This document shows, in pieces, positions 1 to 9,176 of a stretch of DNA of 55,213 bases. Each line of letters begins with the position of its first letter. The first letter of the stretch is position 1. The translations under genes and the position numbers were made by a program. The stretch comes from Nanobdellati archaeon (GTDB taxonomy: Archaea; B1Sed10-29; WALL01), in contig WALL01000009.1 of assembly GCA_015522845.1 (NCBI GenBank), positions 1-55,213 of the forward strand, read 5' to 3'. The notes under the pieces are model-generated. The model saw only the letters and a list, made by a program, of their open reading frames with translations. It was not told the origin of the DNA and made no database searches.

Positions 1-17
1 TTCATTTCCCCACCACC

Positions 18-78
18 GGCCCTTTTTCTGTTACGGGGCCACAAGGGCCCCGCCCGATGGAAAAGCGTCGACGGAAAA
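18..78 (-). repeat. short intergenic element, flanked by a 16-bp direct repeat (2-17 / 79-94)
   Basis: TTTTCCGTCGACGCTTTT-hairpin-GTAACAGAAAAAGGGCC; TCATTTCCCCACCACC on both sides. Confidence 0.8.
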
Positions 79-510
79 TCATTTCCCCACCACCAGCGTT
101 GCTATTGCATATTTTCCAGCTATTGAGTTTGGCTTGAAGGGGATTGCTATTGCATATGCCCTCTTCCCGACTGGCCCGCTCTGCACCGAGAATGTGCCCG
201 CCGGTGCCATCGAGCCGTTGTATTCGCGTATGTTCAGCAGCGCATTCATTGGCAGGCCGTAGTTGGACAGCTCGGAGAGCACCAGCGCCCTCGCGCTGCC
301 TGTGTCCCCCCTATCGGTTAGCGCAACCGCTGCTGCCAGTGTGCCGTCGCTTTTCATAGCATATAGCGCGCTCTCCCCCTGCTTGTAACTAGCAAGGCTC
401 ACCATGTCTGAGCGGCTTACGTTTGAGAGCGTAATGAGCAGCAGCATAAGTATGGCAATCCCAATGGCAACAGCAATTGAGATATCTATGCTTAGGTAAA
501 ATCCCCTCAC
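79..510 (-). CDS. pilin-like protein with class III (prepilin)-type N-terminus
   Basis: GTG start overlaps the upstream stop; MRG/FYLSIDISIAVAIG followed by a hydrophobic helix; last gene of a four-gene pilin-like run. Confidence 0.65.
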   Translation of the reverse strand: MRGFYLSIDISIAVAIGIAILMLLLITLSNVSRSDMVSLASYKQGESALYAMKSDGTLAAAVALTDRGDTGSARALVLSELSNYGLPMNALLNIREYNGSMAPAGTFSVQSGPVGKRAYAIAIPFKPNSIAGKYAIATLVVGK

Positions 511-950
511 GGCAGCACCTCCCTTTGTGCCCAAATGGCCATCACAAGCTTTGCCGGAGTGCCACCGTAGTCAACAGCCCTGCTAAATGACATTACCTTT
601 TCTGCCCCATAGCTGTAGCTGCCTGCACCGAGTGCCTCGGTCCCATTAAGCCACAGCAGCTTTAGCGAGTAGTTCCAGCCTGGCCCGAGCTCGCTCCGTA
701 TGGCGCTGTCGCCCTGGGCGAAGAACTGCTGCACTGCTGTCTTGTTCAGGCAGTAGGGGGCGTATGTGTACTCATCCGAATAGCATAGGTAGTCCAGCCC
801 GGCAATTGCCTTTGCGCTCATTTCATCCGTAAGGTCTTTCTCGCGCATTGTGGTGCTGACCCAGACAGCCATCATGCTTATGGCAAGCATCATGACCATG
901 AAGATTCCATATGCAGCAATTAGGTCCATTGTAAATACCTGGCCCCTCAT
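507..950 (-). CDS. pilin-like protein (class III signal peptide)
   Basis: MRGQ/VFTMDLIAAYGIF then a hydrophobic stretch; start overlaps the upstream stop. Confidence 0.75.
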   Translation of the reverse strand: MRGQVFTMDLIAAYGIFMVMMLAISMMAVWVSTTMREKDLTDEMSAKAIAGLDYLCYSDEYTYAPYCLNKTAVQQFFAQGDSAIRSELGPGWNYSLKLLWLNGTEALGAGSYSYGAEKVMSFSRAVDYGGTPAKLVMAIWAQREVLP

Positions 951-1360
951 ATGCGCCTCCATACAATAACTGTGCGGTTGCTATTGGTTACATAGTTTGT
1001 CCCGCCCCCGACGTTACTTAGCACTGCATCCCCAAAGAATTCCGCAACGCCGTAGCTGCTTGTATTCTCGTCCCCAATTATGTCTATTTCAATACTGCTG
1101 TTTCCGTAGTGCACGGTGTAGTTATGCCCTTCTATCTGTTCGGGCAGCTCAAATGAGCCGAAGTAGCCGTCGCCCGCGAGTTGTGCGGCGCTTATTGCAT
1201 CAGCAACCCTCTTCGCGTAGAACCCTGCCTCGTAGTTCTGGTTGTCGAATGGCAGCAGCCCGGCGAACGAAGTGGTTATGTAAAGCACAAAAATGCCATA
1301 AATGAGCACAGCTACGCCTGCTGTCCCAAGGAACTCATAGCTGAACTGGCCCTTTTCCAT
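947..1360 (-). CDS. pilin-like protein (class III signal peptide)
   Basis: MEKGQFSYEF fits the KG/QxSxE archaeal prepilin motif. Confidence 0.8.
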   Translation of the reverse strand: MEKGQFSYEFLGTAGVAVLIYGIFVLYITTSFAGLLPFDNQNYEAGFYAKRVADAISAAQLAGDGYFGSFELPEQIEGHNYTVHYGNSSIEIDIIGDENTSSYGVAEFFGDAVLSNVGGGTNYVTNSNRTVIVWRRI

Positions 1361-1367
1361 AATTACC

Positions 1368-3821
1368 TCATGGCGAGCAGCTGATGTTGAGGTTTATGTT
1401 GTCAAACCGGAACTCCGCCCACTCGCCGTTGTCCCAATCATGCACCTTTCCGCCAAAGTCCGCGTAATATGTCCCCGCGCCGGTTATGTAGCTGCTTACG
1501 TCGATTGCCTCCGAGCCGGATGTGCTGGACGGGTTGGATTGGTAGAGTATGTCATTTGTTGAGTCGTCCCCGTACCCGCCGTCCTGGCTTCCGAGATAGT
1601 TCATCCCACTGCTGTTGCCAAACCTGGCCTTCACCCATATGTAGTCGTTGTCAAACAATCCGCCGAGCCCATGGTTTGTGAACGACCAGTCGAAGTAAAG
1701 TGTCGCATTCCCGCCATTACTTATTTCAGTGTACATCCCAGGCGTTATCGTGAACTGCACCCCGAAGGCGCCGCTTCCTGAACCGTCGTCTGAGCAGCCG
1801 TTGTTGACGTCGCCTATCTCTATCTTCAGGTCATCGTCGCTGTCGACACCGCTGCTGACAGCAGTTGTTGTTGGGTTGGTAGCACTTACGTACTGCTGCC
1901 CGGCGAAGTAAACACAGCTGCTCCCGCTGCTGTATGTGTTCCAGTCCCAGTCCCAGCCGTCGTCGCCCGCATCAGCACCGAATGTGTTTGCCGTTGTATT
2001 GAGCCCGCCCGTGAAGTCCACCGGCTGCGGCTTGTCGCTGTCAAGCTCCCATATGTCAACTGTGTAGGGGCAGCTCTTGTTGTTTGTGAACGACGTGCTG
2101 TTCGACAGCCAGTTGTCGTTGGTATCATTTGCGTAGAACACAACAGTATGCGCCCCGCCGCCAATGCCCGACACGTATTTAGATGCGCTCTTGTTGGTAG
2201 TGTTCATGCTCTGGTTTGCCCCGCCATCCAGCGAATACCATGCACTGTCAAGCACGGCGTTCGAGCTCACGTTAAACCACATGGAACTTGTCTGGTATGT
2301 TGTGTTTTCCGGCGAAAGGATGTTTAGCTCCCTGATTGCCTCCCCGTAACACACCTCAAAAGCCATCCAGTCTATGTATGCTGTAGTCTTAGTAAGCGAA
2401 TCTGAGAGGTAGTCCACCCGCGTGCCTATCCATTTTGCCTGGCCGATTGTGCTTGAGACATTTGTTTTGTTCACTGTGCATACATCTATTATGTCGGACA
2501 AGGAGCTGCTAGACATTGTGCACACGGTCTTTCCCCAGCCGTTGCTGGTGAGCCACTGGAGTATAGGTGTGATATCCTCCATCCCATCCCCCTCGTGGTG
2601 CTCCACCCACTCGGTCATGTTGTAAATCACAGTATCGCTCCCGCTTCCCGGAAGCGCGAACGAGAAAGCACCCTCTATAAACGCAAGATTGTCCTTCTGG
2701 ACATTTGGCTCCTCAACATAAACATCATCGCTGTAGCGGGCGTTTTCAGTTTCGTTTTCGTATTCCCCATTTATGGCCCAGAGCAGCGACGCATTGAAGC
2801 ACCACGGCTCCGGCCCGTAGTCCGTCGTGAACCAGACGTCGTCAGTCCCCGACTTGCCGTTGTCCCCGACACACATGAGTGTCAGGTGCTGCGGGCCGCC
2901 GGTTGTCATTATTGTGGTGTTTCCCCCTATCGTGACCACGTCCCCCCCATTGATTGTGTAGCCGCACCAGTCGGTGGTCCCGTTGACAGTGTAGGTGAGG
3001 TTTGTGGGATAGCTAGTGTAAGTGGTGTTCGTTGGCTCGATTATGTGCACAAGCAGCCCGCCTGCTATGCCATTACCTGTCCCGCTGCCGGTGACTATGA
3101 CCTTCAGGTAGATGCTGTCCGTGGCGTTGCCGTCGCTTGCCACGATCGTTCCGGTGTATTCGCCAAATGCAGTCCCTGAAGGCACGCTTATTGTCACATT
3201 AGTGGAGTTGCTTGATAGTGCATTGAGCGAGAGCGAGCTATCCCCAAGCGATGCCCATGACCCGACATCCCCTGCAGCGCTAAGCGATATCTGCCGCGCA
3301 TAGCCGCCAACTTCAGTTGCGTTCAGCACAAAGCTAGAGTTTTGCCCAGGCTCCAGGTTCACGGTGTAGCTTGTCGGGCTAAGCACAAAGCCAAGCTCGT
3401 ATGGAGAGATAAGGACATACCCTTCAGGCATCTTCTCCACCTGGAAACGGAAGTTCCCGCTGTTGCCCGGCCATGCCCCCCGGACCTCTCCCTGTGTGTC
3501 CTTAAACACATCCGTGATTCCGCCCGTTTGAGTGTAGACGGCAAGGTTTATTTCCTGCCCGCCCGTTGCGGTGGGATGGCCGATGTAGCTGTCGGCCCAC
3601 TTGACCCCGCTAGGGATATAGGCATCGACAAGCTGCTTCGCGCCCGGAGCCTGGTAATAAATGTAGTCCGCCGTCTTCGCCAGCGAGCTCACGGCCAGGT
3701 CCGCCTGCAGCACCCTTGACGACTCGCTTGCCTGTGTGAACACGTAATAGCCCGCCGGAAGTATCAAAAGCAATATAAATCCTAGTATCAAAAGGAACTC
3801 TGTGGCAGCCTGCCCGCGCAT
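1368..3821 (-). CDS. large minor pilin/adhesin-like protein with class III signal peptide and Ig-like repeats
   Basis: MRGQAATEFLLILG prepilin motif; repeated IIEPTNTTY/ILSPENTTY beta-rich modules; many NxS/T sequons; D/G-rich C-terminal domain. Confidence 0.8.
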   Translation of the reverse strand: MRGQAATEFLLILGFILLLILPAGYYVFTQASESSRVLQADLAVSSLAKTADYIYYQAPGAKQLVDAYIPSGVKWADSYIGHPTATGGQEINLAVYTQTGGITDVFKDTQGEVRGAWPGNSGNFRFQVEKMPEGYVLISPYELGFVLSPTSYTVNLEPGQNSSFVLNATEVGGYARQISLSAAGDVGSWASLGDSSLSLNALSSNSTNVTISVPSGTAFGEYTGTIVASDGNATDSIYLKVIVTGSGTGNGIAGGLLVHIIEPTNTTYTSYPTNLTYTVNGTTDWCGYTINGGDVVTIGGNTTIMTTGGPQHLTLMCVGDNGKSGTDDVWFTTDYGPEPWCFNASLLWAINGEYENETENARYSDDVYVEEPNVQKDNLAFIEGAFSFALPGSGSDTVIYNMTEWVEHHEGDGMEDITPILQWLTSNGWGKTVCTMSSSSLSDIIDVCTVNKTNVSSTIGQAKWIGTRVDYLSDSLTKTTAYIDWMAFEVCYGEAIRELNILSPENTTYQTSSMWFNVSSNAVLDSAWYSLDGGANQSMNTTNKSASKYVSGIGGGAHTVVFYANDTNDNWLSNSTSFTNNKSCPYTVDIWELDSDKPQPVDFTGGLNTTANTFGADAGDDGWDWDWNTYSSGSSCVYFAGQQYVSATNPTTTAVSSGVDSDDDLKIEIGDVNNGCSDDGSGSGAFGVQFTITPGMYTEISNGGNATLYFDWSFTNHGLGGLFDNDYIWVKARFGNSSGMNYLGSQDGGYGDDSTNDILYQSNPSSTSGSEAIDVSSYITGAGTYYADFGGKVHDWDNGEWAEFRFDNINLNISCSP

Positions 3822-3860
3822 GAGCTACTAAATGAGTATATAATATATAAAGCTGATTAA

Positions 3861-4496
3861 ATGGCTAAAATAAAAACAGGCATCAAAGAATTCAATGAGA
3901 TAGCCACAGGGCTTCCAATGCCGTCTGCAATCCTCGTGCAAGGCCCGCCGGGTGCTGGCAAGTCAATATTTTCGCTGCTGCTAATGGACACCAGGGGGAA
4001 GGAGAAAAAAGTTGTGCTGCTCACAAACAACACCCCTGCTGAAATCAAGGAGGAGATGAAGGCCTCTAAAATAGGGTTCGAGCCAGGCATAATTGACTGC
4101 TATTCCTGGCTAAGCGGCGGCAAGGCGGCGGTTGACTCCCTTGCCAACTTGAGCAAGGTAACATTCCTCATTGAGGATGCCATCAGTGAGGGGGCCATCG
4201 TGCTTTTTGACTCGCTGACGCCGCTTATTCTCTACAATTCCGAGGAGGAGATAGAGCGCTTCATGCAGCAGGCCATTGCAATTGTTAAGTCCAAGGGCGC
4301 ACTGATACTGTTCACTCTTGACTCTAGCACCTATCCAAGCGATGCAGAGGAGACCTTCCGCTCGCTCTGCGATGGGGTGATAAGCCTAGACCCTGCTAAG
4401 GGGCTCACCATACTAAAAATGCGCGGCATGCAGGCACCCTCAAAGCCGTTCTTCTATGAGATAGGCGCAAAAGGGTTTAAGCTGAGGGCAAGATAG
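3861..4496 (+). CDS. KaiC/RAD55-like ATPase 1
   Basis: Walker A GPPGAGKS, Walker B VLFDS, DGVI..LKMRG C-terminus; DCYSW motif. Confidence 0.85.
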   Translation: MAKIKTGIKEFNEIATGLPMPSAILVQGPPGAGKSIFSLLLMDTRGKEKKVVLLTNNTPAEIKEEMKASKIGFEPGIIDCYSWLSGGKAAVDSLANLSKVTFLIEDAISEGAIVLFDSLTPLILYNSEEEIERFMQQAIAIVKSKGALILFTLDSSTYPSDAEETFRSLCDGVISLDPAKGLTILKMRGMQAPSKPFFYEIGAKGFKLRAR

Positions 4497-4542
4497 CAAG
4501 TTTAAACCCCCCTTAGAAAGGTTTAAATTCGCTGTTGCTGTA

Positions 4543-4881
4543 ATGTATCCAATGGCTAAGCTAAAGGGGATTGAGCTAGAAGACGACCACTTCCTTGTTA
4601 GCTTCCGCATAAGCAAAAGGGAATATGACCTTTTCAAGCACGGGAATAAGCACTTTTTGCTGGTCCCATTAAGTGGGATGTACAACCAGCTGACAATAGG
4701 CACACTTGGCAACTCCTACCGCCTTATGCTCCCCAAGAAATTCCTGAAGGAGCACGGGATAGCCGAGGACAAGCTGCCAAAAAAAGCAGATGCAGGGGTG
4801 TTTTCGATAGGCGGCGAGAAATACCTCACGGTTAGGATATCTAGCTCCACACTTGGGGAGCCACAGTTTGAGGGTGAATGA
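4543..4881 (+). CDS. AbrB/MazE-like (swapped-hairpin) domain protein
   Basis: GTLGNSYRLMLPKKFLKEHGI resembles the AbrB GNS-x-x-x-x-P-K signature; start may be 4552. Confidence 0.5.
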   Translation: MYPMAKLKGIELEDDHFLVSFRISKREYDLFKHGNKHFLLVPLSGMYNQLTIGTLGNSYRLMLPKKFLKEHGIAEDKLPKKADAGVFSIGGEKYLTVRISSSTLGEPQFEGE

Positions 4882-4882
4882 A

Positions 4883-5557
4883 ATGAAGCGCTATACTACT
4901 GGGCTATCCAACCTGGATAAGCTCATTGGGGGGGGGCTGCCAGAGCATACTGTTACGCTGCTGAGCGGCAATGCGGGCACAGGCAAAACCCTGTTTGCAC
5001 TTAATTTCCTCCTTGCTGGCGCAAAGAAAGGCGAGAAGGGCGTGTTCGTCTCCCTCAATGAGGGCAAGGGCGACCTGCTCCGCGCCTGCGATGGCATTGC
5101 CCAGCTAAAGCCAATCAGGAAATACCTCAACAAGAGCATACTAATCCAGGAGATTGACCTTGAGGAGGTAATCGACCTGGAATACTTCACAAAGATATTT
5201 GAGAAGTACTCAAATGTAGACCGCGTTGCCATTGACAACGTCAACAAGCTGCTTCTCTTTTCGAACGGCGACAAGGACTACCGCATCAACCTATCCCGTG
5301 TAATTAAGAACCTCCGCGCAAACGTCGGCTCCTCACTGCTGCTTTGCGAAACGCTCGACCATACGCTTGACACCAACCGTGGCGAGACCTACGAGGCAGA
5401 CGGTGTCATCAACCTATCCTTCCTTGAGGTAGAGGAAAAGCCAAGCCGCACGCTCGAAATAACAAAGATGCGCTACACCCCGTTTGATGCCTATGTCCAG
5501 CACGAGCTCTCAATCTCGAAGAAAGGCTTAAAACTGACCAAGGCGAAATTTATCTGA
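4883..5557 (+). CDS. KaiC/RAD55-like ATPase 2
   Basis: TTGLSNLDKLIGGGLP, Walker A GNAGTGKT, ADGVINL, TKMR. Confidence 0.9.
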   Translation: MKRYTTGLSNLDKLIGGGLPEHTVTLLSGNAGTGKTLFALNFLLAGAKKGEKGVFVSLNEGKGDLLRACDGIAQLKPIRKYLNKSILIQEIDLEEVIDLEYFTKIFEKYSNVDRVAIDNVNKLLLFSNGDKDYRINLSRVIKNLRANVGSSLLLCETLDHTLDTNRGETYEADGVINLSFLEVEEKPSRTLEITKMRYTPFDAYVQHELSISKKGLKLTKAKFI

Positions 5558-6582
5558 TGAGGCTTTCCCACTCGCTGCATAGGGGCATACTTGAAGCAAC
5601 AGTGGGAGCACTTTTTAACCAGCTGATGATGGCCAGCGTTAGGCGGCGGAGGAATACGCTTTTTTTTGAGGGGATTGTGGCGGAGTACATCCGGGTATGC
5701 GAGCAGAGTGGCTACGCTGACAGGATGTTCAGCATTGGGCATAAGTGGTTCAGCATGATATTCTCAAGGCTATTCTCAAACAGGATATGGCATATGGGCC
5801 AAATGCTCGTCTTGGATAATGTCATACGCCCCCTTTGGATATCGCTGGGGGCGTTGGATGACATGGAAGTGGAGCTGCATGGCAGGGAGATATCCGTTGT
5901 AACGTACAACGACTCAATCATCCGGCTCATTGGGCCAAACCAGTTCTATGTGGGGATGGTGGTCGGGGGGCTTTCCCTCCTTTTCGGCAAAAAGGCAAAA
6001 TGCATAAAGGCACTGCAGACAAAGGCCAAGAGCAGCTACAGGCTGGTGCTTTTAGACGAGCCCCCCACGCAGTACCCCTCCATTCCGCTTGATGCCTACA
6101 ACGAAAAAAACCGCTTCACTCCGGAACCCGGGTTCAACCTGCAAATGGCCCTAAAGCAGAGAATGTTCGTTTTGGACGGCAACCATATAAAGTTTAGAGG
6201 GCGGGGGATATGGCATGTTGAGAACACAATATTCCACCTGCTCAGCAGCGAGAAAATCCTTCTCGACAAGGTTCCCCGTATATCCTATAACTACTTTAGG
6301 GAGGTTATCCAAAAAGGGGCAGGCAGCAAGGAAAAGCTCCGGATTCTAAAAACCCTTCTGCAGGTGATGGGATGGGGCAAGTTTAGCTTTGAGATGCAAG
6401 GGAAGTCAATTATCGTGAAAGCAACCAACCTGCCGGTTGGCTTCCAGAAAGGGAAAAGCGACTGGTCATTCCTATTCAGAGTCATAGAGGGGTATAGCTG
6501 GCTGATAAATAGGGGATACCGCCTGGCCTCGCTGGAGCAGGCACACAACTCTGCAATTGCCCGCTATTCCCTAACGGAATAG
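5557..6582 (+). CDS. tandem V4R-like (HNOB/V4R fold) protein
   Basis: Two segments resembling V4R (FYVGMVVGGLSLLFGK; VMGWGKFSFE...FRVIEGY); no full Zn-binding Cys set; translationally coupled to the KaiC gene. Confidence 0.5.
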   Translation: MRLSHSLHRGILEATVGALFNQLMMASVRRRRNTLFFEGIVAEYIRVCEQSGYADRMFSIGHKWFSMIFSRLFSNRIWHMGQMLVLDNVIRPLWISLGALDDMEVELHGREISVVTYNDSIIRLIGPNQFYVGMVVGGLSLLFGKKAKCIKALQTKAKSSYRLVLLDEPPTQYPSIPLDAYNEKNRFTPEPGFNLQMALKQRMFVLDGNHIKFRGRGIWHVENTIFHLLSSEKILLDKVPRISYNYFREVIQKGAGSKEKLRILKTLLQVMGWGKFSFEMQGKSIIVKATNLPVGFQKGKSDWSFLFRVIEGYSWLINRGYRLASLEQAHNSAIARYSLTE

Positions 6583-7365
6583 GCCGATAACGGACACAAG
6601 GATTATCCCAACGCGCATATAGTGGTGTGCCAGCCCGCTGTCTGAGCTTGCATAGGCAACAAGAGTGGAGGCAGCCAAAAAGGGGACAAGCCACAGCAGG
6701 AAAGGGACATTGCTGGCAATGACCATAATGCCCGCAACAGCAAAAGACAGCGCAACCACAGGTCTTGCCCGCCCAATCCCAAATAATGCGGCATATGTCC
6801 TCACTCCTGCCAGGCGGTCGCCATGTACATCCCGCATATCAGCAAGGACGCTCATCCCGAATATGATGGCAAATACCGCAATGGCGACCGCCGCCACAGC
6901 TGTGCTGAGCGGCCCGCCAGAGAAAACACCATAAAGAAAGTCAAGCAAGAAGCCAACTGCTATCGACATGTTCTTCAGATGCAAAATTCTCTTCCAGCCG
7001 AGCACGGAGTACATAAAGCCAATGGCGCCACCTCCCAGCAGCAACAAGAGGGGGAGCATCCCAAGCGCACCTGCCATGCATGCCGCGGCTATGGCACAGG
7101 CAGCTGAGACAAGCACCCCACTTTTTGAGGTGGCATAGCTGTTGATTCCCCTTCTGTTTGCGTAATCCTCTACAGTGTCAGTGTGTGTGTTGAACGAGTA
7201 GATGGAAATGATAAACAAGAACGCAGAGAGGAAGACAGTGGGCAGCTGGGCTGGAGCCCCACCCGCAAGCGTATAGCCCAGCACAGATATGGCCGCTGCA
7301 GATAGCCCAATCTTTATCCGGAGGTATCCCAAAATCTCAGAAAGGGGCAGCCTATTTTTTCTCAC
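6571..7365 (-). CDS. UbiA-family prenyltransferase
   Basis: Multi-pass membrane protein with NTHTDTVED and ADMRDVHGD...GVRT Asp-rich motifs. Confidence 0.9.
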   Translation of the reverse strand: MRKNRLPLSEILGYLRIKIGLSAAAISVLGYTLAGGAPAQLPTVFLSAFLFIISIYSFNTHTDTVEDYANRRGINSYATSKSGVLVSAACAIAAACMAGALGMLPLLLLLGGGAIGFMYSVLGWKRILHLKNMSIAVGFLLDFLYGVFSGGPLSTAVAAVAIAVFAIIFGMSVLADMRDVHGDRLAGVRTYAALFGIGRARPVVALSFAVAGIMVIASNVPFLLWLVPFLAASTLVAYASSDSGLAHHYMRVGIILVSVIGLFR

Positions 7366-8308
7366 TATGCTTCCCCTTCACAAACCGCCGCTTTTGACCG
7401 ATTGTTTCCGGCGGAAAGTTCTCATAGGTTAGAGGGTTTTTACGGACGCTCTTCACATGTATCCCTGACTCGTGTGCAAACGCGTTGTCGCCCACCCACG
7501 GCTTGTGCGGGCTGAGGGGGATGCCGCTGTACTCCCGCACCATTTTGCCTATCTCATGTATGAGCCCGATTTTCCACCCCCCATCCTGCCCGTACAGGTA
7601 CTTCAAGGCGAGTGTGACCTCCTCAATTGGCGCATTGCCCGCCCGCTCGCCAATGCCGCAGAACGTTCCGGAGAACGCATCTGCCCCCGCCTCGATTGCC
7701 GCAAGCGTGTTTGCGGTCGCCATCCCAAAGTCGTTGTGGTGGTGCGCCTCGATTCTGCAGTGCGCCCTTTCCTTCAGCTCGCTGAACAGCGAGTGGCTTT
7801 GTGCCGGCGTCATACAGCCAAGCGTATCGCCAACAAGCAGGTAGCCGATGTCGTCCTGTACAGCTTCCATGAACTCAAACAGGTACGCTTTGTCGGCACG
7901 GCTTGAGTCCTCGGCGGCATAATCAACACTCATGCCATAGTCGTGGCAGTAGTCAATCATGTCAAGCGCATAGCTAATGTTCTCCTCCCGTGTCCAGCCG
8001 AGCTTGTGCTCGAGGTGGATGTCCGAGACCGGCGAGACGAGAAGCACCCTCTTAACGCCGCAGCGTGCTGCAGCATCAACATCCGTCCTGCGCAGCCTGG
8101 CCAGCGCCCGTATCTCCGCCTTCAGGCCAAGCTCAACAAGCTCTTTTGTCACCCTTTCCTCTTCGGCTGACACTATGGGCATGTTTTCAATGAGCGATAC
8201 GCCAAACTCATCGATTTTCTCCGCGAGTGCCAGCTTCTGCTCAGGCGAGAAGCTTACGCCCGGCATCTGCTCCCCATCGCGCAGTGTCGTGTCAAAGATT
8301 TCGACCAT
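7352..8308 (-). CDS. LeuA/homocitrate synthase-like DRE-TIM metallolyase without a regulatory domain
   Basis: DTTLRDGEQ, HHHNDFGMA, GIGERAGNA and AFAHESGIH motifs; only 318 aa. Confidence 0.9.
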   Translation of the reverse strand: MVEIFDTTLRDGEQMPGVSFSPEQKLALAEKIDEFGVSLIENMPIVSAEEERVTKELVELGLKAEIRALARLRRTDVDAAARCGVKRVLLVSPVSDIHLEHKLGWTREENISYALDMIDYCHDYGMSVDYAAEDSSRADKAYLFEFMEAVQDDIGYLLVGDTLGCMTPAQSHSLFSELKERAHCRIEAHHHNDFGMATANTLAAIEAGADAFSGTFCGIGERAGNAPIEEVTLALKYLYGQDGGWKIGLIHEIGKMVREYSGIPLSPHKPWVGDNAFAHESGIHVKSVRKNPLTYENFPPETIGQKRRFVKGKHSEKK

Positions 8309-8417
8309 CAGCGTGAATACTGCCGCCGTATATAAATAGCTTTCATTTTGTTAAAACAATTCATCAATGCGTTTAAACCACTATCTGTTTTTATATAAGA
8401 ACTTCCTCCTAGATATA

Positions 8418-9137
8418 ATGGTGAAGATAACTAGGGTGCCCACAGGCATTGATGGCTTAGACAGGCTTTTGCATGGGGGGTTTCCGCTGGGAAGCACAAC
8501 ACTTTTAGTTGGTGCCGCAGGCACAGGGAAGTCGACCTTCTGCAAGCAGTTTGCGTGGGAGGGCATAAGGGAAGGGGAATTAGCCATAGTGCTGCTCTCC
8601 GGCGAGCCCGTGTCCTCATTTATAGGCACAATGCAGGGGATGGGCTGGGCTATTGAAGGGCATAAGCAGGGCATACAGTTTGTCGACCTCTATTCATGGA
8701 GGGCACAGGCATCATTTAAAGACTCCAACCCGGGATACAATATCGCAAGCCCATCTGACTTGAACGACCTAAACAAGGAATTTAAGGGCCTGCTGGAGAA
8801 GGCAGATGGGAGGAGGGTAAGGGTTATTGTTGACTCTATCTCAGATGCCCTCTTATACAACTCACCACAGTCAGTCTTCAAGTTTATGCAGCTCTTTGTT
8901 GCGCAGGTAAGGCACAAGGGCGCAACAGCGCTGGCAGTCCTGGAGGGCGGGCTCCATCCTGAAGACCAAAGCAACACGCTGGAGTACATTACCGACAATT
9001 TAATTGAGATGAAGCTTGGTGGCGGCAAAAGGCAAATGCGCATACGGAAGATGGCATCAACACAGCACCCCCTAAATTGGATAAGCTACACAATTGGCAA
9101 GGGGATAGAGATGAAAGTGTCGCCAATTTTCGGGTAA
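8418..9137 (+). CDS. KaiC/RAD55-like ATPase 3 (DxYSWR subgroup)
   Basis: TGIDGLDRLLHGGFP, GAAGTGKS, VIVDS, DLYSWR. Confidence 0.9.
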   Translation: MVKITRVPTGIDGLDRLLHGGFPLGSTTLLVGAAGTGKSTFCKQFAWEGIREGELAIVLLSGEPVSSFIGTMQGMGWAIEGHKQGIQFVDLYSWRAQASFKDSNPGYNIASPSDLNDLNKEFKGLLEKADGRRVRVIVDSISDALLYNSPQSVFKFMQLFVAQVRHKGATALAVLEGGLHPEDQSNTLEYITDNLIEMKLGGGKRQMRIRKMASTQHPLNWISYTIGKGIEMKVSPIFG

Positions 9138-9176
9138 TTATTTATACCTTACTGGAGTTATCTGCTTGGTGGTTGT

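Noticed and set aside
1368..3821. Adhesin as the target of a diversity-generating retroelement
   Set aside because: No reverse transcriptase and no template/variable repeat pair differing at adenines were seen.
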